From Spirochaetaceae bacterium (GTDB lineage: Bacteria; Spirochaetota; Spirochaetia; DSM-27196; SLAA01), in the NCBI GenBank assembly GCA_003552985.1, contig PUPD01000298.1, positions 6,729 through 70,728 of the forward strand: a DNA stretch of 64,000 nucleotides, read 5' to 3'. The notes beneath the pieces are model-generated. The model saw nothing but the letters and a program-made list of their open reading frames with translations. It was not told the DNA's origin and ran no database searches. Of this stretch, positions 36,609 through 46,273 are shown one piece after another. The position numbers and the translations under genes were made by a program. Numbering within the stretch: position 1 is the first letter of the stretch; every line of letters begins with the position of its first letter.

Positions 36609-37750
36609 TGTGCTGCTCCTCCCTCAACCTGCCGGACCACTTGGGCAACCGCGTCGCTGAGCTGCTCGGCGACCTGAAAACCGCGCTCGGTGAGCAGCTT
36701 TCGTCCCTCCACATCGTTGGTTCCAATCAGCCGAATCACCATCGGAACCTTGATCTCGATCTGGTCCATCGCCATCAGAATGCCGTTTGCGATGTCGTCG
36801 CAGCGCGTGATGCCGCCGAAGATATTGATCAGGATTGCCTTAACCTTGGGGTTACCGAGGATGATGCGCAGCGCGTTCAGCACCTTCTCCGGACTCGAGC
36901 TTCCGCCGACATCGAGGAAGTTCGCCGGGTTGCCGCCGTACAGCTTGACGATATCAAGTGTCGCCATAGCGAGACCGGCGCCGTTGACGATGCAGCCGAT
37001 ATCTCCGTCCAGGCTGACGAAGCTCAGGCCGTGCCGGCGAGCCTCGATCTCATCGGCAGAGTACTCTTCGGGATTCTTGAACCGCTCGAGCTCCGGATGC
37101 TTATACAATGCGTTGTCGTCGAAATTGATCTTCGCATCGAGCGCCAGCAGCTGTTCGCCGTCGACCTTGGCGTACGGGTTTATCTCCACCAACGAGCAGT
37201 CATTTTCGATGAACAACCGGTAGAGCTTCTCGACGGTCTCTTCGGCCTGTTTCTGCAGCTGCGGCGATGGGAAGATTTCGGCCAACAGTTTCCTCAGCGC
37301 GCCGACCTCCACGCCGTCCACCGGCTTGATAGGCAGTTGCCGGATCTTCTCCGGGCTTGTGGCGGCAAGTTCCTCGATATCGACTCCGCCCTCGGCGCTG
37401 ATCATCAGGACGATTGTCTTCGACCCGCGGTCGAGAATCAGCCCTAGATAGTACTCCTGCTGTATCTCGGCCGCGGGCGCAATCAAGACTCGTTCCACCG
37501 GCAGGTCCTTGATCTGCAGGGCGAGAATCTCGCCGGCCTTTCGCTCCGCTTCCTCTCCGGAGGCGGCGAGCTTCACTCCTCCGGCCTTCCCGCGGCCGCC
37601 GACCAGTACCTGGGCCTTGATGACGACCTCACCGCCGAAACGCTCCGCCGCCTGCCGGGCGGCCTGCGGCTCGGTTGCCGTTTCCTGAGCCTGAACCGGA
37701 ATCCCGTATTCGCCGAATAGCTCTTTCGCTTGGTACTCGTGAATCTTCAC
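36605..37750 (-). CDS. sucC: Succinyl-CoA synthetase beta subunit
   Basis: [13 protein letters not shown]-terminus and an ATP-grasp pattern. 4-nt overlap with sucD. Confidence 0.92.
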   Translation of the reverse strand: MKIHEYQAKELFGEYGIPVQAQETATEPQAARQAAERFGGEVVIKAQVLVGGRGKAGGVKLAASGEEAERKAGEILALQIKDLPVERVLIAPAAEIQQEYYLGLILDRGSKTIVLMISAEGGVDIEELAATSPEKIRQLPIKPVDGVEVGALRKLLAEIFPSPQLQKQAEETVEKLYRLFIENDCSLVEINPYAKVDGEQLLALDAKINFDDNALYKHPELERFKNPEEYSADEIEARRHGLSFVSLDGDIGCIVNGAGLAMATLDIVKLYGGNPANFLDVGGSSSPEKVLNALRIILGNPKVKAILINIFGGITRCDDIANGILMAMDQIEIKVPMVIRLIGTNDVEGRKLLTERGFQVAEQLSDAVAQVVRQVEGGAAQ

Positions 37751-37809
37751 ACTGTTCTCCTTTCCATGCTCACACTGCGCGATGCGAGTTCGGTGCAGAC
37801 GCGCAACCG

Positions 37810-38559
37810 CTAGTTCCCGTCCTGCGGCTCAGCGGTACTCTGGCCGCGTGCCTCGCGGTATCGCTTGATCTCGCGCTTGGTCAGGTTGATGAGCTTCGTG
37901 ATCTTGATGTCGCGCGGGCAGACGCGCGTGCACTCGAAATGGTTCTCACATGGCCAAACCCCGTTGGGCGTGTCCAGCATGTCCAGACGGGCTTCCACGC
38001 CTTTGTCGCGGCTGTCGAACACGAAGCGCGCTGCGGCGACGATCGCCGCCGGCCCCAGAAACTCCGGGTTCTTGTCGAGCACCGGACATGCGGAGTAGCA
38101 GGCCGAACAGTTGATGCATTTGGTCGCGTCATCAAACAGCCGCCGTTCTTCCGGAGACTGAATGAACTCGCGCTCACTCGGCCCGCTCTCTGCGATCAGG
38201 AACGGCTTAGCGGAGCGAAACTTGGTGAAGAACTCGCTCTGATCCACCATCAGATCGCGCTGTACCGGCATGTGCCTGAGCGGGGCCAGCGTGATAACGT
38301 CTCCGTCGTTCTCGGTCACGTCCTGGACCAGGGTCTTGCACGCGAGCTTTTCGTTGGCGTTGATCAGCATCGCGTCCGAGCCGCAGACGCCGTGCGCGCA
38401 GCTCTTGCGGAAGCTCAGGCTCCCATCCTGGTTGCGGTACACCTCCATCAGGGCGTCCAGCACCCGGTCGGTGGGCTCAACCGTCACCTCAAAACGCTGC
38501 TCGTAGGGCTGGGCGTCGGTCTCGGGATTATATCGTTGCACGGCAAGGGTAACCTTCAT
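37810..38559 (-). CDS. sdhB: Succinate dehydrogenase/fumarate reductase iron-sulfur subunit
   Basis: Cys clusters CAHGVCGSDAM...C, CINCSACYSACP and CTRVCP. Confidence 0.9.
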   Translation of the reverse strand: MKVTLAVQRYNPETDAQPYEQRFEVTVEPTDRVLDALMEVYRNQDGSLSFRKSCAHGVCGSDAMLINANEKLACKTLVQDVTENDGDVITLAPLRHMPVQRDLMVDQSEFFTKFRSAKPFLIAESGPSEREFIQSPEERRLFDDATKCINCSACYSACPVLDKNPEFLGPAAIVAAARFVFDSRDKGVEARLDMLDTPNGVWPCENHFECTRVCPRDIKITKLINLTKREIKRYREARGQSTAEPQDGN

Positions 38560-38586
38560 ACTCGCTCCTTTCTGTTTTGTGCGCCC

Positions 38587-40314
38587 TTAGTATGTTCGCG
38601 GCTTGGGTTCCCATATGCTGGTGTCCACCGGCTTATACGCGATATGCACCTCGCCGTCTTCTATCCGGGCAAGGGTGTGTTTCAACCATCGGTCATCGTC
38701 TCGTTCGGTGTAATCGACTCGGGAATGCGCGCCGCGGCTCTCGGTTCGGTTTAGGGCCGATGCGGCGGTAATCAACGACAGATCGAGCAGATTTTCCAGT
38801 TCCAGAATCCCGAGTACCTCGGTGTTGAAGCGCGACTGCTTGTCCTGCACGCGCACCTCTTTGAACGTCTCGCGCAGTCCGCGGATATCGGCGAGCCCGC
38901 GCGTCATGCGATCGTGGTCGCGATAGACGCCCACGTTCTCCATCATCGTCGACTGCATCCTGTCGTATACCGGGCCGGGATGCGCCCCATCCTGGCGCTT
39001 GAGCTCGGCAATGCGACTACGCATCTGTTCGCCTGCATCAGAGGGAACGCGCGGCTGCCGCGCCCCGGTAACGTACTCCGCGATGTGGCGTCCGGCGCGT
39101 CTGCCGAACACAACCAGATCCACAAGGCTGTTGGTCCCCAGGCGGTTGGCGCCGTGGACCGAGACACAGGCACATTCGCCGGCCGCATACAACCCTTCGT
39201 AGACCGTCTCGGCGGCGGTAACCCGTCCGTCGACGTCGGTGGGGATGCCGCCCATCGCGTAATGAGCCGTCGGCTGCACCGGCATCGGCTTCTCGGCCGG
39301 GTCAACCGCCAGATATGTCTTACAGAAATCGGCGATGTCGGGAATCTTGCGCTCCACCACTTCGCGCCCGAGATGGCTTGCGTCGAGCATGACGTAATCA
39401 TCGATGCGACGGTCGCCGCGCATGCCGCGCCCTTCCTGTATCTCGGTCATGATGGCGCGGCTGACCATGTCGCGCGGAGCGAGGTCCAGCAGCGTGGGAG
39501 CGTAGTGCTCCATGAAGCGCTCGCCGTCACGGTTGAGTAGGATACCGCCCTCTCCGCGCACGCCCTCGGTGATCAGAATACCCATGTCCTTTATGCCGGT
39601 TGGATGAAACTGAAAGAACTCCATGTCTTCGAGGGGAATGCCGGCGCGCATCACGACCGCCGGCCCGTCTCCGGTGTTGGCGTGGGCGTTCGAGGTTATG
39701 CGGTACATACGGCCGAAGCCGCCGGTTGCAAACAACACCGCCTTGGCCTTGAAAACCTTCACCTCGCCGGTTGCGAGCTCGAACACCACCAGCCCGGCTA
39801 CGCGCGTTCCGTCCAACAGCAGCTCGAGCACCTGGAACTCATCGAAGAAGTGAACCTGATTCTTGATACACTGTTGATACAGGGTCTGCAGAATCATGTT
39901 CCCGGTTCGATCGGCAGCGTAGCAGGAACGGTGCACCGGGGCCTCGCCGAAGTTGCGCGTGTGCCCGCCGAAGCGCCGTTGGTCTATCCGGCCCTCGGGA
40001 GTTCGGCTGAACGGCAACCCCCGGTTCTCGAGGTCGTAGACCGCCTGCACCGCCTCTTCGGCCAGAATTTTGGCGGCCTGTTGGTCGACGAGGTAATCGC
40101 CGCCTTTGATGGTGTCGAACGCGTGCCATTCCGGATTGTCTTCATCGACATTGCCGAGCGCGGCACCGATTCCCCCCTGTGCGGCGCCGGTGTGGCTGCG
40201 CGTGGGATAGAGCTTCGACACAACTGCCGTCTTGGCTGTCTTACTGGCCTCGAGAGCGGCATAGAGGCCGGCGCCGCCCGCGCCGACGATCACCGCATCG
40301 AATTCGTGTATCAA
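38587..40314 (-). CDS. sdhA: Succinate dehydrogenase/fumarate reductase flavoprotein subunit
   Basis: [24 protein letters not shown] (covalent-FAD His region) and FHPTG. TTG start with AAGGAG 8 nt upstream. Confidence 0.9.
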   Translation of the reverse strand: MIHEFDAVIVGAGGAGLYAALEASKTAKTAVVSKLYPTRSHTGAAQGGIGAALGNVDEDNPEWHAFDTIKGGDYLVDQQAAKILAEEAVQAVYDLENRGLPFSRTPEGRIDQRRFGGHTRNFGEAPVHRSCYAADRTGNMILQTLYQQCIKNQVHFFDEFQVLELLLDGTRVAGLVVFELATGEVKVFKAKAVLFATGGFGRMYRITSNAHANTGDGPAVVMRAGIPLEDMEFFQFHPTGIKDMGILITEGVRGEGGILLNRDGERFMEHYAPTLLDLAPRDMVSRAIMTEIQEGRGMRGDRRIDDYVMLDASHLGREVVERKIPDIADFCKTYLAVDPAEKPMPVQPTAHYAMGGIPTDVDGRVTAAETVYEGLYAAGECACVSVHGANRLGTNSLVDLVVFGRRAGRHIAEYVTGARQPRVPSDAGEQMRSRIAELKRQDGAHPGPVYDRMQSTMMENVGVYRDHDRMTRGLADIRGLRETFKEVRVQDKQSRFNTEVLGILELENLLDLSLITAASALNRTESRGAHSRVDYTERDDDRWLKHTLARIEDGEVHIAYKPVDTSIWEPKPRTY

Positions 40315-40599
40315 GGGTCATGCTCCTTTGCTCTTCGTCAGAGGTTTTACTTGTAATGGAAAGAATACTGCTTCCTCGCCGGAATGCAATAGTGCGGTCG
40401 TCGATTTTGCAGATCGTCCGGCAGTTTTACTCGCTGCCTGCCGGTCTAAGCTCGGCAGGCGGCCCGTACGCTGGGTGGAAGGCAAACCGGTGTTACATAC
40501 GTTACATCTGGACGTTACCATTAGCCGCCTACGCCGGTATGATACCATGGAGCTACACGGCACGCAATATTCCGCGACTGATCATGTCAGGTATTCCGC

Positions 40600-40628
40600 T
40601 TTACAATCGGTGCGACTGGACATAGTAT
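40600..40628 (+). promoter_or_regulatory. Candidate sigma70-type promoter for qor (TTTACA-N17-TAGTAT)
   Basis: Read directly. The -10 element ends 33 nt before ATG 40662, and the RBS GCAGGAGG lies between them. Confidence 0.4.
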
Positions 40629-40661
40629 GTGCCGGGAACGAGAACGCAGGAGGTGTTCGTG

Positions 40662-41630
40662 ATGAAAGCGATACAGATCAAGCAAGTGGGCCCTGCCGAG
40701 ATGCTGCGATGGGGCGATCTTGAGGATCCCGTTCCGGCTGATGATGAAGTGCTCGTGAAGCATCATGCTATCGGCTTGAACTACATCGATACCTACCATC
40801 GCTCCGGCTTGTATACGGTGCCGCTGCCGGTCGTGCCGGGGCTCGAGGCAGCCGGTGAGGTGGTCGCGGCCGGAGCCGACGTGACCGATTTTCGCCCCGG
40901 CGATCTGGTGGCGTACACCGATTGCATGGGAGCCTACGCTGAGTACGCGGCGGTGCCGGCGCGGCGGCTTGTGACGGTTCCCGAGGCCGTCGGTACCGAG
41001 GCGGCTGCGGCAGCCATGCTGCAGGGCCTGACGACGCACTATCTTACCGAGTCAACCTATCCGATCGGGCAGGGCGACACGGTGTTGATTCATGCCGCCG
41101 CAGGCGGTGTAGGGCTGCTCCTTGTGCAGCGTGCCAAGCGCAAGGGGGCACGCGTTATCGGCACGGTGTCGACCGCGGAGAAGGAGCAGCTTGCGCGCGA
41201 GGCCGGCGCCGACGAGGTGATTCGCTACACCGAGAAGGACTTCGTGACCGAGGTTGGCGCCCTGACGAACGAGCAGGGGTGCGAGGTGGTCTACGACGGC
41301 GTGGGGCGCAGTACCTTCATGGGGAGCCTCGACTGTCTCAAACGCCGCGGGATGCTGGTATCGTTCGGTCAGTCAAGCGGCAACGTCGAGCCGTTTACTC
41401 CGGGGCTGCTCGCGCAGAAGGGATCGCTGTTCCTGACACGCCCGGTGCTGATGGATTACGTGCGTGAGCCGGCCGAGCTGCGGCAACGCTCGGAGGAGCT
41501 GTTCGCCTGGCTTGCGAAGGGAGAGCTCTCGCTGCGCATTGACCGGCGTCTGCCGCTCAGTGAGGCGGCCGAGGCACACCGCCTCCTCGAAGGCCGGAAG
41601 ACTACCGGTAAGGTCCTGCTGCTGCCTTAG
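40662..41630 (+). CDS. qor: NADPH:quinone oxidoreductase (zeta-crystallin/MDR family)
   Basis: MKAIQI..., HAIGLNYIDTYHRSGLY and AAAGGVGLLLVQ. The ATG at 40662 with an upstream GGAGG is preferred over the ORF-track start 40629. Confidence 0.85.
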   Translation: MKAIQIKQVGPAEMLRWGDLEDPVPADDEVLVKHHAIGLNYIDTYHRSGLYTVPLPVVPGLEAAGEVVAAGADVTDFRPGDLVAYTDCMGAYAEYAAVPARRLVTVPEAVGTEAAAAAMLQGLTTHYLTESTYPIGQGDTVLIHAAAGGVGLLLVQRAKRKGARVIGTVSTAEKEQLAREAGADEVIRYTEKDFVTEVGALTNEQGCEVVYDGVGRSTFMGSLDCLKRRGMLVSFGQSSGNVEPFTPGLLAQKGSLFLTRPVLMDYVREPAELRQRSEELFAWLAKGELSLRIDRRLPLSEAAEAHRLLEGRKTTGKVLLLP

Positions 41631-41672
41631 AGGCGGCACGCACGGGGGATTCGGCAGTATATTTGATGGGCG

Positions 41673-42527
41673 ATGAATCAGCAGATCCGTACTACCGCTA
41701 TCCGGCGTGAACGACTGGCGCGCCTCCTGCAGACCGCTGTGTTGCTGGCGCTGATGGTGCTGGTGTTCGGCTGGCTCGGGGTCCGCGCCTTTGGGGGGCG
41801 CCTCTTCCTGATCTTTCTCGGGATGCTTGTAGTCTCGATTCTGTTCAGCTCGGCGGCGTCACCGCGCCGCGTGCTCGGTCGGGGTGTGTATGCGGTCTCG
41901 CGCAATCAGGCGCCCGAAATCTATGCGATCCTCGCCGAGCTCGCCCGGCGTGCTCAGTTGGAGTTCGTCCCTCAGCTGTACTACACGCCGAGCGGCACCC
42001 CGAATGCGGTGACTGTGGGCACCGGCGATCAGACCGCGATCGTAGTGACCCGCGGGTTGCTCGACCGGCTCCCCCGGGCCGAGCTGGCCGGCGTTCTGGC
42101 GCACGAGGTGGCGCATATCGCCAACAACGATATCCGCCTGCTGACCTTGGCCGAAAGCATGCGCCTCGCGACCACCCTCCTCTCGAAGGTCGGGCAGTTC
42201 ATGTTGCTGATCACCCTGCCGCTGTTTCTGATTGCCGGCGAACCGCTGCCGCTCGGGTTCCTGCTGTTGACGATATTTGCCCCGCTGATCAGCGTGCTGC
42301 TGCACCTGGCGCTGATGCGGGCGCGTGAGTTCGAAGCGGATCTCACCGCAGTCAAGCTCACCGGTGACCCACGCGCGCTCGCGCTGGCCCTTCAGCGCCT
42401 GAACGTGGCAAGCCGGGGATTCCTCGAGCTGCTGTTTCCGGTGCCGATGCGCGACGAGTTCAGCCTGTTTCGTACGCATCCGGCAACCGCCGAGCGGGTG
42501 CGGCGGCTGATGCAACTCGCGCGGTAG
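41673..42527 (+). CDS. htpX: M48-family zinc metalloprotease (HtpX-like)
   Basis: HEVAHIANND (HExxH), four TM segments, and downstream EFEAD. Confidence 0.85.
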   Translation: MNQQIRTTAIRRERLARLLQTAVLLALMVLVFGWLGVRAFGGRLFLIFLGMLVVSILFSSAASPRRVLGRGVYAVSRNQAPEIYAILAELARRAQLEFVPQLYYTPSGTPNAVTVGTGDQTAIVVTRGLLDRLPRAELAGVLAHEVAHIANNDIRLLTLAESMRLATTLLSKVGQFMLLITLPLFLIAGEPLPLGFLLLTIFAPLISVLLHLALMRAREFEADLTAVKLTGDPRALALALQRLNVASRGFLELLFPVPMRDEFSLFRTHPATAERVRRLMQLAR

Positions 42528-42582
42528 CAGCGTTATCGGCCGCCACTGCGGAACGCGGATCGCCGTACAGGCTGAGGCCGGC

Positions 42583-43527
42583 TCAGGCCGGGAACACGCC
42601 GGTGGAGAGATAGCGGTCGCCGCGGTCACAGATGATGGTCACGATCACGGCGTCGCGGGTGCCGCCGGCTTCCAGTTCCTGTGCCAGCTCAACCGCGGTC
42701 GCGACATTCCCGCCCGAAGAAATCCCGGCAAAAATGCCTTCGCGGGCCGCAAGCGCGCGGGTGGTCTCTTCGGCGGTTGCCTTGGACATCCGCCGTTGTT
42801 CATCCAGACGCTCGGGCTGGAAGACCCGCGGCTGGTACTCCGTGGGCCAGGCACGTATGCCGGGGATGCCCCCTTCCTCGTCCGGGACCACGCCCACGAT
42901 GCGGATATCCTGATTGCACTCCTTCAGGTAGCGCGAGACTCCCATGAGCGTTCCCGTCGTACCGGTGGACGCAACGAAATGCGTCACGCGGCCGGCGGTA
43001 TCGTTCCAGATCTCGGGGCCTGTTGATTCGTAGTGTGCCTGAGGGTTATCGGGGTTCCCGAACTGGTCGAGTATTACGCCGCGCCCTTCACGCTCCATAC
43101 GCCGTGCGGTGTCGATCGATTCCTCCATGCTTCCGGCCTTGGAGGTGAGCACGAGCTCAGCGCCGAAGGCCTTCATACTCGCCCGCCGCTCGGTGCTCAT
43201 ATGCTCAGGCATCACCAGGATCATCCGGTACCCCATGACCGCGGCGGGCATCGCGAGCGCGATGCCGGTGTTGCCGCTAGTCGCCTCAATCAGGGTGTCG
43301 CCGGGCTTGATGCGGCCGCTGCGCTCGGCGTTGCGGATCATCCAGTATGCCGGCCGGTCCTTGACCGATCCGGCCGGGTTGTTGCCTTCAAGCTTGCAGA
43401 GGACCAGGTTCGGCCCGGTGTACAGCGAACGCAGGCGCACCAGCGGTGTAGCGCCGATGCACTGCTCTATCTCAAAATAGCGCATCCCGGAGTCACGGTG
43501 CCGATCGGCGTTCTTGTCGTGTTGCAT
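42583..43527 (-). CDS. Cysteine synthase (O-acetylserine sulfhydrylase, CysM/CysK family)
   Basis: EGNNPAGSVKDRPA (PLP lysine) and TSGNTGIALA. The start may be the internal MRYFEIEQ (43485). Confidence 0.88.
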   Translation of the reverse strand: MQHDKNADRHRDSGMRYFEIEQCIGATPLVRLRSLYTGPNLVLCKLEGNNPAGSVKDRPAYWMIRNAERSGRIKPGDTLIEATSGNTGIALAMPAAVMGYRMILVMPEHMSTERRASMKAFGAELVLTSKAGSMEESIDTARRMEREGRGVILDQFGNPDNPQAHYESTGPEIWNDTAGRVTHFVASTGTTGTLMGVSRYLKECNQDIRIVGVVPDEEGGIPGIRAWPTEYQPRVFQPERLDEQRRMSKATAEETTRALAAREGIFAGISSGGNVATAVELAQELEAGGTRDAVIVTIICDRGDRYLSTGVFPA

Positions 43528-43547
43528 GGGTAGAATATAGCGATTTT

Positions 43548-44819
43548 TCAGTCCGCCGCGGTTACCGCGGTCACGATTTCTGCAGCGCTCGGCGGGCAGC
43601 CGCTGACCGCCACGACTGCCGGCCCGCAGGATCGGGGGCTGTCGGAGGCGGCCCTGCCTGATCCCGCTGCCTCAGCGGCCCCTGCGCCGAACAGCCGGAC
43701 AGCGCAGTCGCCGACCGCAACGGTGCGCCCGCCGCGCGCACCACGGCCGGGCGTATCACGACCGCGCGCATCATGGCCGCCGCGGCGTTCCCGGAAGCCG
43801 GAGGGAGCGGTCGACGAGTCGAGCTCGCGATCGCTGAACCGGCCCAGGTAGTAGCGGTCTCGCCGCCCGAGGCGGCGTGCCTCCTTAAGGCGCTTGAGCG
43901 CGAATAGGAGATTGCCGTGACAGGTGGAACAGGCGCTTCCGAGATGTACGCTGCAGGGGTAGAGGCGGAAGCTGTTTTGCTCGGCCCGGAACCGGCGTTC
44001 GCCGCGAGGATGGTTGAGCGCCCGCACCTGCGGCCGAAAACGGTCGAGATCAACCCCGCGGAGCTGCGCGTAGTGAGCGAGGTGAGCGATTGCCGACGGT
44101 GCAAAGCCTAGTGTAGCCGCGGCGAAGCAGTCGATCGCGAGCGGATCGTACCCGGCCGCGATCACACCGAGATTAACCGGGCTGCCGCCGAGCTCGCTGG
44201 TGAGGTCGCCGTAAGTGCCGTCGGCGAGGATGAACTCGGGGGTGACCGTGGCAGCGAGCTGCGCGATCGCGCGTTCCAGATCGGTACCATGGAACCCGCT
44301 TTTCAGTTTTGAAGGCAGCACGCCTTTGAGATTCTTCAGGCTGCAGGTCATACGCGTCTGGCAGTGCGCTTTGATCACCGGCACGTTGATGAGGTAGTCG
44401 CATTCGGCAACTGTGCGTGAAACCGAGAGTTGGGCGAAGGGCCCGTCGACGCGTGTCGGGACGCTCACAAAGCGGTCGCGCTCGATGTCGAGCAGGTCCA
44501 GGTTGTATTTGGCCGCGATCTCGTGGTAACCGCAGATTTGGAATGCGCGCGTTGCCGACTCACCCATACCGCTCCCGTCGGCTATCGTGATCCTTCGAAT
44601 ACCGTGGTCGCGGAGCAACGCAACTAGCGCCTCGACAATCTCCGGACGGGTGTTGGCCCCGAGCCAAGCAGAGCGTGACACAACGAGGTTCGGCTTAAGC
44701 ACCACATGCGCCGCAGGCGGGAGCTCCGCGAACGGGTTAAGCGCTTCGATAACCCGGCGCACCGCGGGGTAAGCAGTCGAGCTGTGTACCACCGCGACGG
44801 AATGCCTGTTAACACTCAT
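43548..44819 (-). CDS. DUF362-domain protein with Gly/Arg/Ala-rich C-terminal tail
   Basis: VLKPNLV, ITIADGSG and the HCQTRMTCSLKNLKG pattern recall DUF362. The last ~100 aa are low complexity. Confidence 0.6.
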   Translation of the reverse strand: MSVNRHSVAVVHSSTAYPAVRRVIEALNPFAELPPAAHVVLKPNLVVSRSAWLGANTRPEIVEALVALLRDHGIRRITIADGSGMGESATRAFQICGYHEIAAKYNLDLLDIERDRFVSVPTRVDGPFAQLSVSRTVAECDYLINVPVIKAHCQTRMTCSLKNLKGVLPSKLKSGFHGTDLERAIAQLAATVTPEFILADGTYGDLTSELGGSPVNLGVIAAGYDPLAIDCFAAATLGFAPSAIAHLAHYAQLRGVDLDRFRPQVRALNHPRGERRFRAEQNSFRLYPCSVHLGSACSTCHGNLLFALKRLKEARRLGRRDRYYLGRFSDRELDSSTAPSGFRERRGGHDARGRDTPGRGARGGRTVAVGDCAVRLFGAGAAEAAGSGRAASDSPRSCGPAVVAVSGCPPSAAEIVTAVTAAD

Positions 44820-44929
44820 GCTGTAAGCAGTCTACCAGCATCCACGGCAGCTCGCACAGGTGTCCAGATCGCGGTTTTCTGCTCCGACGTTCTTTCTTTT
44901 TCCGCGCAGTTGGTATACGGTGTGCGCAT

Positions 44930-46273
44930 ATGACCGAAGAACAAAGACTCAGGCAGGCCCAACGCCCGCAACAGATCTCGAGCGAGCTACACCGCTACTA
45001 TCGCGGCAAAATGGAGACGGTGCCGAAATGCGTGGTCCGCAAGCTCGACGACTTCTCGATCTGGTACTCACCGGGAGTGGCCGCGCCGTGTAGCGAAATC
45101 CACGAAAACCCGCAGCTGGTGTACGACTACACCAGCAAATGGAACACGGTCGCCGTCATCTCGGACGGCAGCCGCGTGCTCGGGCTCGGTGATATTGGAG
45201 CCAAGGCGGGGTTGCCGGTGATGGAAGGGAAGGCGCTGCTGTACAAGTATCTCGGCGGAGTGGATGCGGTTCCGATCACGCTGGATACCAAGGACCCCGA
45301 CGAGATCATTCGCACGGTGTTGCTGCTTCAGCCGGCCTTCGGCGGTGTGAATCTGGAAGACATCGAGCAACCCAAGTGCTTCCGGATTCTCGATACGCTG
45401 CGCCGCGAGGCCGAGATACCGGTCTGGCATGACGACCAGCAGGGCACCGCCACGGTGACCTTGGCAGCGCTGTTAAACGCGCTCAAGCTCACCGGGCGGC
45501 GCATCGAAGACTCGAGGATCGCCTTCATCGGCAGCGGCGCATCGAACGTGGCCTGCGCCCGGCTGATATTCGGGCGGGGGGCGGACCCGGGCGCCTGTTA
45601 CATGGTGGATAGCCGCGGGATACTCGGCAGGCACCGCGATGATGTCGCCGCGCGCCGCGACGAGTTTGCCGAGAAGTGGCGGCTGTGCGAGCTTACGAAC
45701 GCCGCCGGACGCCAGGGCGGCATCGCCGAGGCGTTGCGCGATGTGGACGTGGTGATCTCGCTTTCCCGTCCCGAGCCAGGCACGATCCGGCCGGAATGGA
45801 TCCGTACCATGCGCAAAGACCCTGTGGTGTTCGCCTGTGCCAATCCGACGCCCGAGATCTGGCCGTGGGACGCTACCGAGGCCGGCGCGGCGGTGGTGGC
45901 GACCGGCCGCAGCGACTTTCCCAACCAGGTCAACAACAGCCTCTGTTTTCCGGCGATTTTTCGCGGTGCGCTCGACGTGCGCGCAACGACGATCACCGAC
46001 GAGATGTGCTTTGCCGCCGCGGACGCGCTTGCCGGTGCGGTAGGCGACGCGCTCAGCGCCGATTCCATCATCCCGACGATGGAGGCGCGCGGGGTGTTTC
46101 CAACCGTGGCTACCGAGGTCGGCATCAGAGCTCAGGAGCAGGGCGTGGCGCAGTTGTCGGTAAACCGTGAAACGCTGTTGCGTTCGGCGACCGCGAGTAT
46201 CGAGCGTTCGCATCGCCTGACTGAGCTGATGATGGAGTCCGGATTGATCGCGCGCCCGGAGGTGGAGTTGTGA
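44930..46273 (+). CDS. NAD(P)-dependent malic enzyme (short form, no PTA domain)
   Basis: WYSPGVAAPC, VISDGSRVLGLGDIG, FGGVNLEDI and GSGASNVA. Confidence 0.88.
   Translation: MTEEQRLRQAQRPQQISSELHRYYRGKMETVPKCVVRKLDDFSIWYSPGVAAPCSEIHENPQLVYDYTSKWNTVAVISDGSRVLGLGDIGAKAGLPVMEGKALLYKYLGGVDAVPITLDTKDPDEIIRTVLLLQPAFGGVNLEDIEQPKCFRILDTLRREAEIPVWHDDQQGTATVTLAALLNALKLTGRRIEDSRIAFIGSGASNVACARLIFGRGADPGACYMVDSRGILGRHRDDVAARRDEFAEKWRLCELTNAAGRQGGIAEALRDVDVVISLSRPEPGTIRPEWIRTMRKDPVVFACANPTPEIWPWDATEAGAAVVATGRSDFPNQVNNSLCFPAIFRGALDVRATTITDEMCFAAADALAGAVGDALSADSIIPTMEARGVFPTVATEVGIRAQEQGVAQLSVNRETLLRSATASIERSHRLTELMMESGLIARPEVEL

Noticed and set aside
40380-40400. SRP (4.5S) RNA-like motif: CCGGCGAGGAAGCAG on the minus strand resembles CCGGAAGGAAGCAGCC.
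   Set aside because: Only the short 3' half-motif is similar. I could not find the complementary 5' strand or the GGAA tetraloop context needed for domain IV.
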